From Sphaerodactylus townsendi (taxonomy: Eukaryota), in the NCBI RefSeq assembly GCF_021028975.2, contig NC_059427.1, positions 72,106,001-72,170,000 on the forward strand: a stretch of 64,000 nucleotides of DNA, written 5' to 3'. Both the position numbers and the translations under genes were made by a program. This document shows, piece by piece, positions 36,501-50,089 of the stretch. The first letter of the stretch is position 1. Each line of letters starts with the position of its first letter. Below the pieces are notes generated by a model. That model searched no databases. It had not been told where the DNA came from and saw nothing but the letters and a program-made list of their open reading frames with translations.

Positions 36501-39500
36501 GCTCCTGCTCTCCCCATTGCCTGGGGGGGCAGAAGCCAGCCTGCAGGAAGGCCAGGGGCGGGGCTCAGCTGTGTGCAGCTTGGGTGCACACCATTTGGCT
36601 ATTGGGGTGGCACCAGGCAGTTCACCACTGCCTCCTGACTGTCCCATCCATCGAAGAAGTTCATTTGGTTGAGTGCAAGAGAAAGGGTCTTCTCAGCGGC
36701 AGCTTCATGGTTATGGAACAATCTCCCTAAGGATGTGCATCCAGCCCCCTCATTTTTTATCTTTAGGGACCAGTCAAAGACCATTTTATTTAGGACTGCA
36801 TTTGATTAATTTACTAGTAATCCTAAACTATGATTTTTTAAAAAATTGAGAGAGCTTAAACATTTATCCTACTCTGAGTTTGTATGAAACAGTGATCCTG
36901 TTTGCTAACGGAAACACCAGCAAAATGGCTTGTTAGGTGGAAAAATGTATGTCCCCTGCCCCTAAGGACTCTAAAATTTTATTGGCATTTGGAATTTGCA
37001 TTCTGTTCTGGTTGTTATTATTGTTCTAAAAGGAATTCTGGTTATTACCATAGGCACTGCAGTACACTAGTCTTCTTGCTGATGGCCCACAGGCAGTGAC
37101 CCATCTGTCCATGGTGGCAGTGTTTACCAGTGCACCTTTCTTTTAAGCACCAGCACAGGCAAAAAGAGGCATTCTGCCACTAAAACTACCACACAGCTGC
37201 TGCAAGGAAGGGGAAAGAAGGGAGGGAGAATAATGGCTCTGCTAATTGTGAATGACATATGTTAATTAACAAACAAAAAACCTTGCAGAATGTTTCCATT
37301 ATCTATTAACCAGTATTGTGCTTAAAACAAATATATGATAGAACAGATCAGAAAAATGCTGCCTAATGCCATTGTAAAGTTGTCTATATTATAACTTCTG
37401 ACCATTGCAAATAAAAAACAAAAAAAGTGTGGCATCTCCCTTTATTAAGAATGTCTGTTCTGAACTTAGGCCTTTTCTGAGTCCTTCTGGGCAGACCTCT
37501 GAGCATGACTGGCTTTCCAGGAGGGACAGCTCCAAGCAAACCCCACATTTTAGTCAAATACCAGGTCAGATGGTGTAGGTAATGGAGGCCATTTTCAAAC
37601 GGACAGACTTGGATACAGAAAAGGTTAATTAGGAGTTTGTTAAAAATGTGTTTCAGGAGCACATGTTCTAATTTACTTTTTAAAATCTTCCTTGATGATA
37701 GTTCCAGAGAGTCAGCCATATTTTCCTATTGCAGCAAAATAAAATGCCCTGGTTTTCAATATGCTTCCTGGGATGGTGTGCGAATTGCATCATGGAATTC
37801 AAGGCTCATTTGATACCATTAAAGCACAGATTGCTAATCCTGCATATGTGGTGCTAAGTATTATGGAAAGAAATGTCAAATAATTACAATGACTCAAACT
37901 GAAGCAGGGAGAATAGTTGTCGGATTTTGGTGATTACCTTTGACACATATCATGTTTGCCATCATTGCTCTAGTCTATAAAACTTTATTCCAGAATATAC
38001 TTTTGCTAGTCTTTACATTTCCAGAAAGCTCCTGTTTACTTTTAAACACAGAGAGCATTTTTGTGACAGCACTTACCATTATTGAGTCCTGTTCTCCCAA
38101 GGCCAGGGACAGGGGGTGGGGGTGGATTTGATGGAATTGGCAATAGTCCTTGCACTTTTTAAAAACTAAATGCTCTGTGCATGTTTGTATGTATAAATGA
38201 ATGTACTTTGCCTTTGGATTGTAAGAGATTGTAGCCATCTTTTGAAAAGGCAGTCTCACTGCTGTGTTCATGCTTTCATCAGAGTTTCTTTCATTAGCAT
38301 GAAGCCATATCCCTCAAATTTTTTACTTGAATACAAAAGGCAAGAGTTTTCACATAAAATATGCACTTACCCTTGCAGAAAATTCAGGACTGTGCTTTAT
38401 AAGGTACATATGGAACAGATGTTAGGAAACAAAAATGCTAGTGTCTGTGTCCTTCACAAAACTGACCTTTGCTTTTGCTAGGCTGTTTGCTGGATGTGAC
38501 ACAGGTGCCAACACATGCTTTGGCTGCCATTATAGTGGACACTGTTCTTATAATGATAACCACATTCCAAATATTAACCCAACCAGAAACAAGTTTCAGA
38601 ATTTAACACAACAAAAACTTTACTGCCATTCCTCCTTCAAGAGATGTTGTACCCCTCTCTTAGAGTGTGAGACTCCTATCCTAACTAACCAGCCAGGCAT
38701 TATTGTCAGAGTCTGATTTCTCATCTTTCTTACAGAAAAGCTGTAATGCTTACTGCTTAGCAGCTAAGTACCAGTTTCTCACTTGAGAAAAAGGAGATCA
38801 TCTACAGAGCAGCACACTTTATAAAGACAAGATGCAGCTAGTTATAAGGATCAGCCTGGGACATGATGGCAGGATCTAACTTTGACCTCCGCAGTAGCAC
38901 CAGAGTTCATCTCACAAAGTTCTGCATATGACTTCCGGGTGCGACTTCCGGGTGGGCGAGACGCTAGCTTCGAGCGGCGCCTCGAAAAGAGCTCAGCTGC
39001 AATTGCAAAAACGGAAAAGTTTTTTGCTTTCACTTTTTACGGGGTTCAGAGTACAAAAGAACCCCCACAGAGGACCTCCGGAAAATTTCCACCCCCGCGA
39101 AAACGGCAGGAGCGTCAAGCAAAGCGGCGGACACGAGCGGCCCGGGAACAGCTGATCGGGTGAGAGACGAGATGCCTCGCCGGTTCCTCAGCCAAGGCAG
39201 GGAAGCGGACCCCCAGGAGGTGGAAGGTGACGGGGGGCCACTGGGTGCCAGCGCAGGAGGACCGGGACAAGGGTTGTAGTCGTGGCGGTAGTCCGACGGG
39301 AGCCGGGACCGTTCTGAAAAGCGGCGGAGCAGGGCGCGGGGCACCGTTCTCAGCGGCAGCGGAAAGGCGGAGAAAGCCCAGCTGAGCTACAGAGCCAATA
39401 GGCAGAGCTCTTTTCCGGAGCGCATTTTTGAAACTTACATAATGTAGTTTAAATGGATGTTTTTTGATATTTTCAAGCCAGCACATACCAAGGAATTACT

Positions 39501-39647
39501 GGAAGTACAAACCACAGTGGTAAAGAAATAATTAAAAATTCTGCAGTGCCCTTTAAAAAGCTGTAACGAGAGTCTCTTGGAGCCTTGCTCGTGATCCTGT
39601 TTTTTGTGTTGGTGGCTTGGGAAACCAAGTGGAATTATCTATAAAGG

Positions 39648-40472
39648 ATGACACCAAGGAAACAAAACAGGGCACAAGTAATGCATCATGCAAACCAGGG
39701 AAGCCAATCGAACACACCAGATAAAATTAACATGAATGACGTTTGGTCAAAACTGGAACAAATAGCGGAAACAACATCAGAGACAAATAATCATGTGAAA
39801 AGGCTGGAAGAAGAGCTGATGAATATAAAACAAGAAATTAAAAAGATTGGCTTGCTGGAACAAGGGATGCACCAGATTAAAGAAGAACTGAAGCAAGTTG
39901 ACAAAAGACTGGAACAAGTAGAAGGGAAAATGGGGAATATAGATGCTGAAAGAGACACATTGGAAATGGACAACTTAAAATGGGAAAGCTAATTTAAAGA
40001 AAGATTTTTGAAGTTTAGAAAGATCCCTGAACAAGAAAATGAAAACTTGATGAACAAAATGACAGAAATATTGGCAGAATTTGTAGGAAAATCACCCCAA
40101 GATGTAGAATTTGAATTGGACGAGGCATTCAGAATTAACTCCAAAATTGCTAAGGAAAGAAACTTACCTAGAGACATACTGATAGGTTTTACTAGAAAAT
40201 CATTTAGAAATGAAATTCTACATAGACATTATGAAAAAGCCTTAAAGATAGAAGGGAGAGATATTATCATCATGAAGGAGGTACCAAGTAAAATTTTGAT
40301 TATGAGGAAGGATTTTGTAGACCTAACTTCAAGTTTAAGAAATAAATATATATATTACAAGTGGGAGATACTGATAGGAGTCTCCTTTCAATTTAAAGGT
40401 ACCAGAAGATCCATTTGGAATAAAACAGAAGCAATAGAATTTTTGAAAACATTCAGAAAAGAATTGAAGTAA
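39648..40472 (+). pseudogene. L1 ORF1 (coiled coil + RRM/CTD) with one in-frame TAA at 39990-39992
   Basis: Track ORFs 39648-39992 and 40008-40472 share a frame; heptad coiled coil followed by LPRDILIGF and YKWEILIGVSF. Confidence 0.85.
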
Positions 40473-40780
40473 TTCAGATATCGCACGAGGAGATAACAAC
40501 TAGAGGGGGTTTTTTTATGTTCAAATATCGTCTGGAGATTTAAAGTGGAGGTTTGGTACACAGAACATTAAATTAAGAGGAGCAACAATTAAGAGATATA
40601 AAAATATTTTTTTTTTTGCTTTTGTGTTCCTGTCGGGTATGGTATCAAAGTCTGGCTTGTTGAGATGTGAATTGTAACATCTTTGGTTGTGTGAAACATG
40701 AAATTACTGACATAATACTGTGTAATTTCTACTGTAACTTCTATTATTACAAATACCAATTATTTTAATTATTAAACAAA

Positions 40781-43700
40781 ATGAGTAAGATAAAATGTAT
40801 AACGTGGAATGTTAATGGGATGAACAATCCCATTAAAAGGAAGAAGGTGTACAATTTCTTAGAAATGCAAAAAGCACAAGTGATATGTGTGCAAGAAACA
40901 CATGTAATTGAGAAAGATTGCAACTTGTTAAAGAATAATAAATTAGGTGTGAATTTTGTGGCCGCTAGAGAAAAAGGAAAAAAATCGGGAATAGCTTTGT
41001 ATATAGATAGGAATTTAGGTCCAAGCTTATGTTATAAAGACACAGAAGGGCGCCTTATTGTAATAGAGGCAACTTTAAATGGAACAAAATTATTAATAGT
41101 TGGGATATATGCACCTAATACTGGGAAGCAAGCTTTTTATGACAAGGTATTTAGAAAAATTATAGATATCACAGACAATCATGAAGATGTAATGATTATG
41201 GGAGATATGAATGGCTTTGTTAATCAGGACTTAGATAAAAAATATGGAGAAAAGAAAATTGATAAGGATAAGGGGAAATTGCCGGAAACTTTTTTTGAAG
41301 GAGTAAAATACTTTAATTTGGTTGACGTGTGGCGTTTTAAGAATCAGAAAGAAAAGGAGTTTACTTATTATTCTCCAAAATATAAAACTTGGTCGAGAAT
41401 AGACATGATGTGGATATCGACAAATGTAGTAACGATGCAGTGACAAATCTGAAATTCTAGCTAATACAATATCAGACCACAAACCCAATGATATTAGAAT
41501 TGGACCAGAGGAAATAAAGTGAAGGAAAGAAAGTGGAGATTAGATAATTATTTACTGTTAGATGAGGATGTAATTTCAGATACTGTAGAAAAAAATGGAA
41601 AAGGAAATTTTTCGAGAATTAACACGGAAAATTTATGAGAAATGGAATGTGATATGGGACACTTTTTAAAGCCCAGGTAAGGGGAATTTACCTTTATCGA
41701 AATAAAAAAAACTAGAAGGAAAAAAAAAATAAGAAAAAATAGATTAAGAGGGAACTGGAGAAAGCTGCTTTAAAATGACAAAGAGATAGCGAACCATGAA
41801 AAAACAGTAAAAATACAATATTACAAGAAGAAACACATTTTATTAGACATCAATATGAAGTAGCACTAAACAGAAGAAAATAGGATAAAGGTATCTTAAA
41901 ACTAAAAGGTTCTGGTTTCTTAAACATTCAAAACTAAGTTCTCAAATAAGAATTGGTTAGCCTGGAAATTAAAAAAACAAAAGAAAAGTGGAGAATTTCA
42001 TTCATGAAATAAAAATTAATGGTGAGAAAACAAATGATAAAGAAAGGATAAAACAAGAATTTAAAATTTTTTACACAAAACTATACAAGAAAAAAGAAAG
42101 TCTTAGTGAAATTGATATAATAAACAATGTGAAATTTAAAAAACTATGAATGGGAAAAAATAGATGAAGAGTCAAAAAACTTATTAAATAAAGATATTAC
42201 TAAAGAAGAAATTATGGTAGTAATTAAGAAATTAAGAGTAAACAAAACACCAGGCCCTGATGGTATTTCGAATTTATTTTACAAAAAATTTATAGAAGAC
42301 ATAATAGAAACATTAGTAATAGTATATAACAATATCATTCAAAATGGGGTACCGGAATCGTGGAGAATGGCGAACATCACACTGATACCAAAGGAAGGAA
42401 AAGATAGATCAGAGACATCTAACTATAGGCCAATATCTCTTTTAAATTCCGACTATAAGATTTACTCAACCAAGCAATTCTGGCAAACAGATTAAAAGAA
42501 GTCCTTTTAAAAATTATTTCCCCGGACCAACTGGTTTCCTCCCAACAAGACACACATATGAAAGAACAACATGTTGAATAACAGTAGTAAACATCATAGA
42601 CTTTTATGAAAATCACCCGGATAAACAAATGGCTTTATTTTTTCTAGACATGCACAAAGCGTTTGATAGTCTTAGTTGGAATCTGATAAATGAAGTTTTA
42701 TGTAAGAAGATGTTTGGAGACAAATTCCAGACAGAAGTGGATTAAACAAATGTGCCTACCTCGGTACAACAAAGCGAGAATTATAATAAACGGGGAAAAA
42801 ACAGAAAATTGCGAAATTGAATGTGGAACCCGTCAAGGTTGCCCCTTGTCCCCATTATTATTTATTTTAGTGTTAGAAATTTTGATAGATAAAATTAAAA
42901 AGACTGACAGTATAAAAGGGACAAAAATTAAAGGGGAACAATTCAAGGTCCAAGCATATGCGGACGATTTAGTTATTATTTTGGAAGACCCGTTAGGATC
43001 TATTATAGAATTTAAAAAGATACTAGAAGAATTTGAGACAATATCTGGGTTAAAAGTAAATAGGGATAAAACGCAGATTTTGGTCAAAAATATGAGGAAC
43101 AGCGATAAAATACTTCTAGAAACTTTATGGGAGGGACAGATCACGAAGAAAGTGAAGTATTTAGGCATTAACTTGACTGCATCCAATTTAAGACTATTTG
43201 AAAATAATTACTTAGTAACATGGAACAGGATGAAAAAAGACCTCAAAATCTGGGAAAAATTAAATTTATCTATACTAGGTAAAATTGGAGTATTAAAGAT
43301 GAATGTGCTACCAAGAGTGCTCTATATGTTTAATAATCTACCGATATTAAAATCTGAGAAAATTTTTAGTATTTGGCAAACGGATATTTTGAAATTTCTT
43401 TGGGGGGGGGGGGAAACCCCGGGTCAAATACAAAGTTTTGACAGATAATAAGGAGAGAGGAGGTTTGGCGGCCCCAAATTTAAAATTATATTACGAAGCA
43501 TGCTGCCTGGTTTGGTTGAAAGACTGGTTTTCAATTAAGAACAAGAGACTATTAGCACTTGAAGGGGCAGATCTGAGATATGGAACACATGCATATTTGT
43601 GGTTTCATAAAGAAAAGTTGAATAAACAATTCTTTCAACATCCCTTCAGGTTTGCTCTGTATAAAATTTGGGATAAATATAAAAACAGATTGTATAGAAA

Positions 43701-44646
43701 TGTGCCATGGTGGATATCTCCCCATGAAGCCCTTCTGAATAAGAACGTGCTGGAGAAAGGCTGGTTAAAACTGTATGATTTATTAAAACTGGTGCAGACA
43801 GAAAAAGGACCACGAGTGGAAATCAGAACGATGGAAGAATTAGAACTGATCGGATGGAATGTGAACTGGTGGTTGTACCAACAACTGTACAGCATCATAA
43901 AGAAAGAAGCGACGCCACTGTGGATTCAAGGTTTTGAAGACATACTTTATTTAAATCTTCTGAATAAAAATGATCATTTAATTAAACGAATGTATAAGCT
44001 GTGTTTAGATCTAGAAATGGAAGATGAGGTGATAAAAGAATACATGGTAAATTGGGCTAGAGATATTGGTCATACAATCCCACTGGAGAGATGGGAAAAA
44101 GTATGGAATTCAGGACTTAAAAATATTATTAGTAATGATATTAAAGAAAACCAATACAAGATCTGGTTTAGGTGGTACATTACGCCAAAGCAACTGGCTA
44201 AATTTTCTGGTTCGTCCAACAAATGTTGGAAATGTAAGTCGGAAATAGGAAGTCTTTATCATGTATTATGGGAATGCAAGAAAGTTAAGAAGTTTTGGTG
44301 TAGTATACACAAGGAAATTCAAAAAATCTTGAAAGTAAATATAAAATGCACGCCGGAACTATACCTGTTGGGAATGAGCGATAACAGGCAAATAACTGAA
44401 AATAAAACACTATTCCAACACTTATCAACGGCGGCTAGGATTATGCTTGCCAGATACTGGCGTCAACAGACAATCCCATCGATACAAGAATGGCGATATA
44501 AAGTAATGGACCTAGTAAAAACAGCAAGACTAGTAGGATACGAATTGATGGAGATGAATGGCAAATTTAAGAATGTATGGTCAGCATGGATTAAATATAT
44601 TGAAGAGAAATTAAAACAAAAATATGTGATCTTAGATATAATTTAA
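40781..44646 (+). pseudogene. L1 ORF2 (APE endonuclease, reverse transcriptase, CCHC domain), disrupted
   Basis: TWNVNG, VQETH, GDMN, SRID endonuclease motifs; PGPDG, YRPISLLN, GTRQGCPLSP, YADD RT motifs; CWKC..HVLWEC zinc knuckle. Several stops/frameshifts at ~41440-42700 and a frameshift in the poly-G run at ~43402-43413. Confidence 0.92.
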
Positions 44647-45044
44647 TAAGAATAAAAGGTAATAGAAATATAAAATAAATACAATTAGTTGATTAAACCA
44701 GTAAGTATTTGGGTTCAGCTTGGTATGTAATTGCGGAAGTCTAGTAATTATAGATAAATTTGGAAAATGAATAATATAGTAATGATATAAGGTAAATAAT
44801 AGGTTGCAAATTGTGGATGAGATTATTTTGTATGTATTTAAGCACACTTATAATTGTAACTCGCAAATTGAAAATGTTTAAAAATGGATGTAAAATGGAT
44901 GCATATTTAGAATTGTAAATTTGTAAATATAATAAAGCAACTTAAAAAAAACAAAAAACAACGTTCTGCATATGTAAATAAAGTATGGGAGGTAAGGTCT
45001 ATGGAATTATTAAAAACTAATTGGTTACAGTAGTAATAAACCTT

Positions 45045-45563
45045 TGTCAGACTGCACAGGGAAGCCATTGAAATTCATAAACACCAAGACAATTTCAACA
45101 GGAAAGAAGAGACTTTGAAAATTAGCAAAGCTTGGCTACCAGTACTTAAAAACACAAAAGCAAACACCAAGGGCATGCTAAGTTCATGAACAATGGACTC
45201 CACCCAAACACAGGATTTGCATTCACGAATATTACTGCTACTGCAGGGCATGAAAATGTGAATCACTCCCTGGACTGATAAGCCCCACCCACAATACCAT
45301 ACTATAAACCACATCTTTGCATAACAAGTTCCACCCACTTACTGATTGGTTCCCCACCCTGGGACATGGACAATATAGACCCCAAACATTTCCTTCTCTC
45401 TGGACACAGTGTGTAACAGACTTCCCTCTGTGATACACCTCTGAGGATGCCAGTCACAGATGCAGGCAAAATGTTAGGAACAAGATCCACCTGACCACGT
45501 TCACACAGCCTGGAAAACCCACCAGAACCAGTTGAATCTGGCCATGAAAGCCTTCGACAATAC
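45045..45563 (+). mobile_element. Penelope-like retroelement 3' fragment (GIY-YIG C-terminus + terminal repeat with decayed hammerhead)
   Basis: Translates RLHREAIEIHKHQDNFNRKEETLKISKAWLPVLKN; hammerhead remnant at 45438-45478 (CTGAGGA...GCAAAATGTT). Confidence 0.8.
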
Positions 45564-45740
45564 TTGGTTGGTAGTTTAGTGGAAGCAAATCTCAATAGGT
45601 GGTACAAAAATGGGTGGCCTTGTTTTTCATTTGAAGTACTCTGTGTTTATTATTCATTCCCTTTTATATTATTAATTTACATCTAACCATGATCATTAAC
45701 AAATAATCTGGTAAACTGCAACTTATTTTGAATTTCCCGT

Positions 45741-46200
45741 ATTGAAGTCTTTAAAATTATGCATGGGGTAGAAAATGTTGACAGAGAGAAATTTTTCTCT
45801 CTTTCTCACAATACTAGAACCAGGGGGCATACATTGAAAATGCTGGGGGGAAGAATTAGGACTAATAAAAGGAAACACTTCTTCACACAACATGTGATTG
45901 GTGTTTGGAATATGCTGCCACAGGAGGTGGTGATGGCCACAAACCTGGATAGCTTTAAAAGGGGCTTGGACAGATTTATGGAGAAGTCAATCTATGGCTA
46001 CCAATCTTGATCCTCCTTGATCTCAGATTGCAAATGCCTTAACAGTCCAGGTGCTCGGGAGCAACAGCCACAGAAGGCCATTGCTTTCACATCCTGCATG
46101 TGAGCTCCCAAAGGCACCTGGTGGGCCACTGCGAGTAGCAAAGAGTTGGACTAGATGGACTCTGGTTTGATCCAGCTGGCTTGTTCTTATGTTCTTATGT
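45741..46200 (+). mobile_element. 5'-truncated CR1 LINE, same family as 27781-28702
   Basis: Near-identical to 28230-28700; ends in TTCTTATG repeats. Confidence 0.9.
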
Positions 46201-49200
46201 TTTCAGGTGCTCTAGAGCTTCAGTAACATTCAAGTTTATTTACATTGATGACTCATCTTTTCTAGAACCACAAGTACTAAAGTATTTAACAGGTGGGAAG
46301 AGGAGAGGGAATAACAATACAATTCTCCAAATTTCTTCCAGTAGCTGTTATGTCACTTTATACAACCAATATCTAAACTTCAGTTGTCTTGTCATTAAAG
46401 AATACTTATCTTTGTTTGGCTGCCATAAGAGCCAAGCTCTCACATATTCCGTTAGGGTGTAATGTGAACCAGGACCCAGCCCCCAAATTGGTTTTTACTT
46501 GTAGGATGGAGTCTTGGAATGGGCAAAACAAGATAAAAGGAGTTGCCTGCTAGCATATGTGAATGCCTTTCCCTCACCATGAAGTAATAACCATGGCCTG
46601 TCTTCAAAAACTTGAGCATTAAAAGGCCAGAGGGCTGTGACATCATGGCAGCCCAGAGATTCTACCTCCTCATCCTAAGAATAATCAAGTATAATATGAC
46701 ACAAGTGAACATTTGGGAACTAAAATGCACCCCAGATCTATGGTGAGTGGCAAGGCATTAAAGCCATAACTTTAAAGCTACAGTTGTGTCTACCATCAGA
46801 TGGAAAGCACACTGTTGGTGTAGAAGTTAAAATAGTGACAAAGCCCAGAGAACAACCAAATCATTACTGCTTCCAGAAGTCATATATTAGATTAAAATCA
46901 CTTCAACTGACCTTAGAGGAGCTCTGCTTACAATTGATGCCAGTTGAGGCAGTGTTGAAAGAACTTCCAATTCAGATCACTGAGATCTGTGTAGGCAGAT
47001 TTGAAACACTGATATCAGCATGCAAAATACAGTGAAAAACTAGAGCTAATAGAAGCCTGTGATCCAGAAAAAGCAAAGTCCTGGAAAATAAGTCCCAGTA
47101 ATGGAACCTGAATGTAAAGTCTTTTTGAATACATTACAAATGCAAAAATGAGCAGGTCTTCATTGACTGGCTGAGGCAGATGCGACTTCAACTATAGCTC
47201 AATCTTGCAAGCTAAGCAGAATCAGTACTTGGAAAGGAGACCACCAAGGAAGACTGTACAGAGGAAGACAATGGCAAACCATCTCTGCTTAATCACTTGC
47301 CTTGAAAACCCCACCAAGAGTTGCTATAAATTGGCTGCAACTTGATGACACGTTACACACAGAGAGAAAAGTTGTTAAGCAGTGGAATTGGCTGCCAAAG
47401 GAGGTGGAGAGCTCCCCCCTCAGTGGCAATCTTCAAGCAGCACTTGGGTGAACACTTGTCAGGTAGACTTTAGGATGATCCCAGATTGATTATGGGGTTG
47501 GAGTAAATAGCCTATACAGCCCCTTCCAACTGTGATACTGCTATTCTAAACTGGAGCATGAGGTCAAAAGTGTCAAAATCCAGATATTTTAATTTGCGCT
47601 TACCATGTGAAGGAAAGAGGGAGAAGTATGCCATCATAAAAACAACTTGTGTCCATGATTACCAGTCAGAAGTTTATCACGATGCCTGAATGCAGCTTTA
47701 GAAACTAGTGTTTGGGAGTGGGACTTATACAGAACTACTTATGGCATTTATTCTAGCACCTTGATTACAATATGACATGCTAGGCGAAAGTGATGTACAC
47801 CAGTACAACAACCAGAGATGGAGGATAAACTCTTTGTTGTCACATTATTATTTTTTCAATTAAGCAAGAGATGCTTACATTTCTATATGAAAATGCAGGA
47901 GGAAAGGTGAAGACACGAATGCATGGGATACATTCAAACCTGACAGGAAGGAGGCTTTGTGGTATTATGCCTCCAAGGGCCTTGAAATGGCCAAGAGGAA
48001 GTTTCTACTCAGTTAACACAGTTAGAACATCCCCTTCTGTTCACATGCCCAAAGCCAGGAACACTCAGCTTCCTGGGACCTTCATGGTTTAAGGGAAGCA
48101 CACATATCCCGCTCTCTTTACCCTGTGATTTTGGGGTTTGAAGGGATTCTCTAAATTTTTTTTTTTTGCAAACTTAGTGGGTTTCTTGAGTCAAAAATCA
48201 CCTTTTATAGTACCTAACCTGACCATATGTCTGCAGTCTTCCATGTCTATACAGTGTTTCAAAGGATGGCAAATACATATTACAGATATGGCTGGGGTTG
48301 TCAAAGCCTCTTGTTTGCGCAACATGACCTTTCTCTACCCTGGGTTGGTCTTTTGTATCATTTCAGATTGGCTTTATTTACCAGGAATCACTCCTCACTT
48401 TGGGATGAATAGCTGCTTAGTAAATGAACTGCAGAGTCTGTCAGGCTTTATGGAAACAGATACATTATGGAAACTAGACTACATTTCAACTTACTCAAAA
48501 GAATCAAATTCAAGAGTAGATTGATGAGACAGGGCTTTTGAAGAAGATTAATAAACAGTCTTTTAACACCTAAAGTCAATATTACTATGCAAAACACCCC
48601 AAGGACACAGGGTCGTAACTTGCCTGTAATATTGACTTGCCCAGCAGCACTGATCCTTCTTTCTCACATCACCTGACAGAAGGCCATTAAACACAGATCT
48701 GTTCCTAACTAGATTTTATTATGGATTCTTTTTGTTCTGGCTGTCCATCATGCCTAGCTATATGAGGCCCTGTTCTTAGTCAGAGATTTTTTGTTTAAGA
48801 CCGTACACTTCACTGATGGTCCCAGTGATAGAGGCAGACTGCTTCTGAGTACCTCCAGCTAAGCTTATTGCCTGTAAAAGGCATTAATATTGCTATTGCC
48901 AGAAAAGAGAATTTGTGCATGCTAGTTAATTGGTTTGTAAAGGTCTCATTGCCATAGTTTACCAGTGATACTGAACATAAATATTCTGGGGAAAAGAATA
49001 TGTCAAATATTTTAAACATTTTATTATTTGTAGTTTTATTTACAGGCAGGGCTGTCATCATAAGATCAGTTCTTGTGGTAGATTAATTCAAGATAGTGAA
49101 TACAGATGTATGGCCACTTCATACAATTTGCCATTTGTATTGTATGTGTACTTTTCTCCTGATGAGATTATATCATGGTGGTGAAAGATGGGTGATTGAA

Positions 49201-50089
49201 ATTGCTTGTCATAAATGCAGAACACTATAGTTTTCCATGTAAACCTTCTTCTTTCCATGTAAACCTTCTTAATACAGATTCTCTGCCCCATCACCGGAAG
49301 CTCCCAGAAAAGGAAAGAAAACCTCCAGTGCTAATTCATGTCTACATGCTTTACAAATGTGATTGTTCATTGCCAATATTACAGTCTCCTTTCTGTCTGA
49401 TATTTGAGAAGGAATATTCCTTGAGTGAAGGGGTGATTTTCCACTGGTGATTAATCCTGGGATAGTCACCCGAAATATCCAGGTTTCCTTGCAATCTCCT
49501 CACTGCCGAACCGCAGCACATAGATCAGTCCTGTTTCTGGCACTCCCCCCACTCATGGGATTTTCCTGGACCTGCTTGCACCTTTTTGATTTTCCTGGAC
49601 ATATGCATGCACCTTTTTGAAAAAACACTCCAATGGGCGCTAATAGGAGATGGGAGCTACACATTTGAGGGTCCATAACTTTGGCCCCCATGAACCAAAC
49701 TTCACCAAACCTGGGTTGTATTATCAGGAGGGTCTCCTAGAGATACTCTGAAATTTTGGTGCTGCTAACTTAACAATTGCACCCCTGACAGCAGGCAACT
49801 CCCAAGGGGCAGGCCTAGACGTCTTCACTAGAAACATGCTGCAGTGAGGATGTTGGAACCTGGATGAAAAGGTGCCGATTCTTTTGAAACTTTGTATCTA
49901 GATTAAATTTTCAGTGGGAATTCGGCCAAGGATAGTTCCCAAAAATGTTATTCCAAAGTTTCAGTAGATGGTGCTATTCAGCCCTTCTATGAAGTACCAG
50001 AGTTCTATCTTATTCACAGTGTTCTATAATATCTATAGCCCTCCAGGGGAGGGTGGTATATAAGTAGAATAATAAATAAATATATATAT

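Larger units (their letters stand above)
38930..44962 (+). mobile_element. Full-length L1-clade LINE (~6.0 kb)
   Basis: CpG-rich 5' UTR, ORF1, ORF2, AATAAA plus A-rich tail; flanked by the direct repeat GTTCTGCATATG (38919-38930 and 44963-44974), the target-site duplication. Confidence 0.95.
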
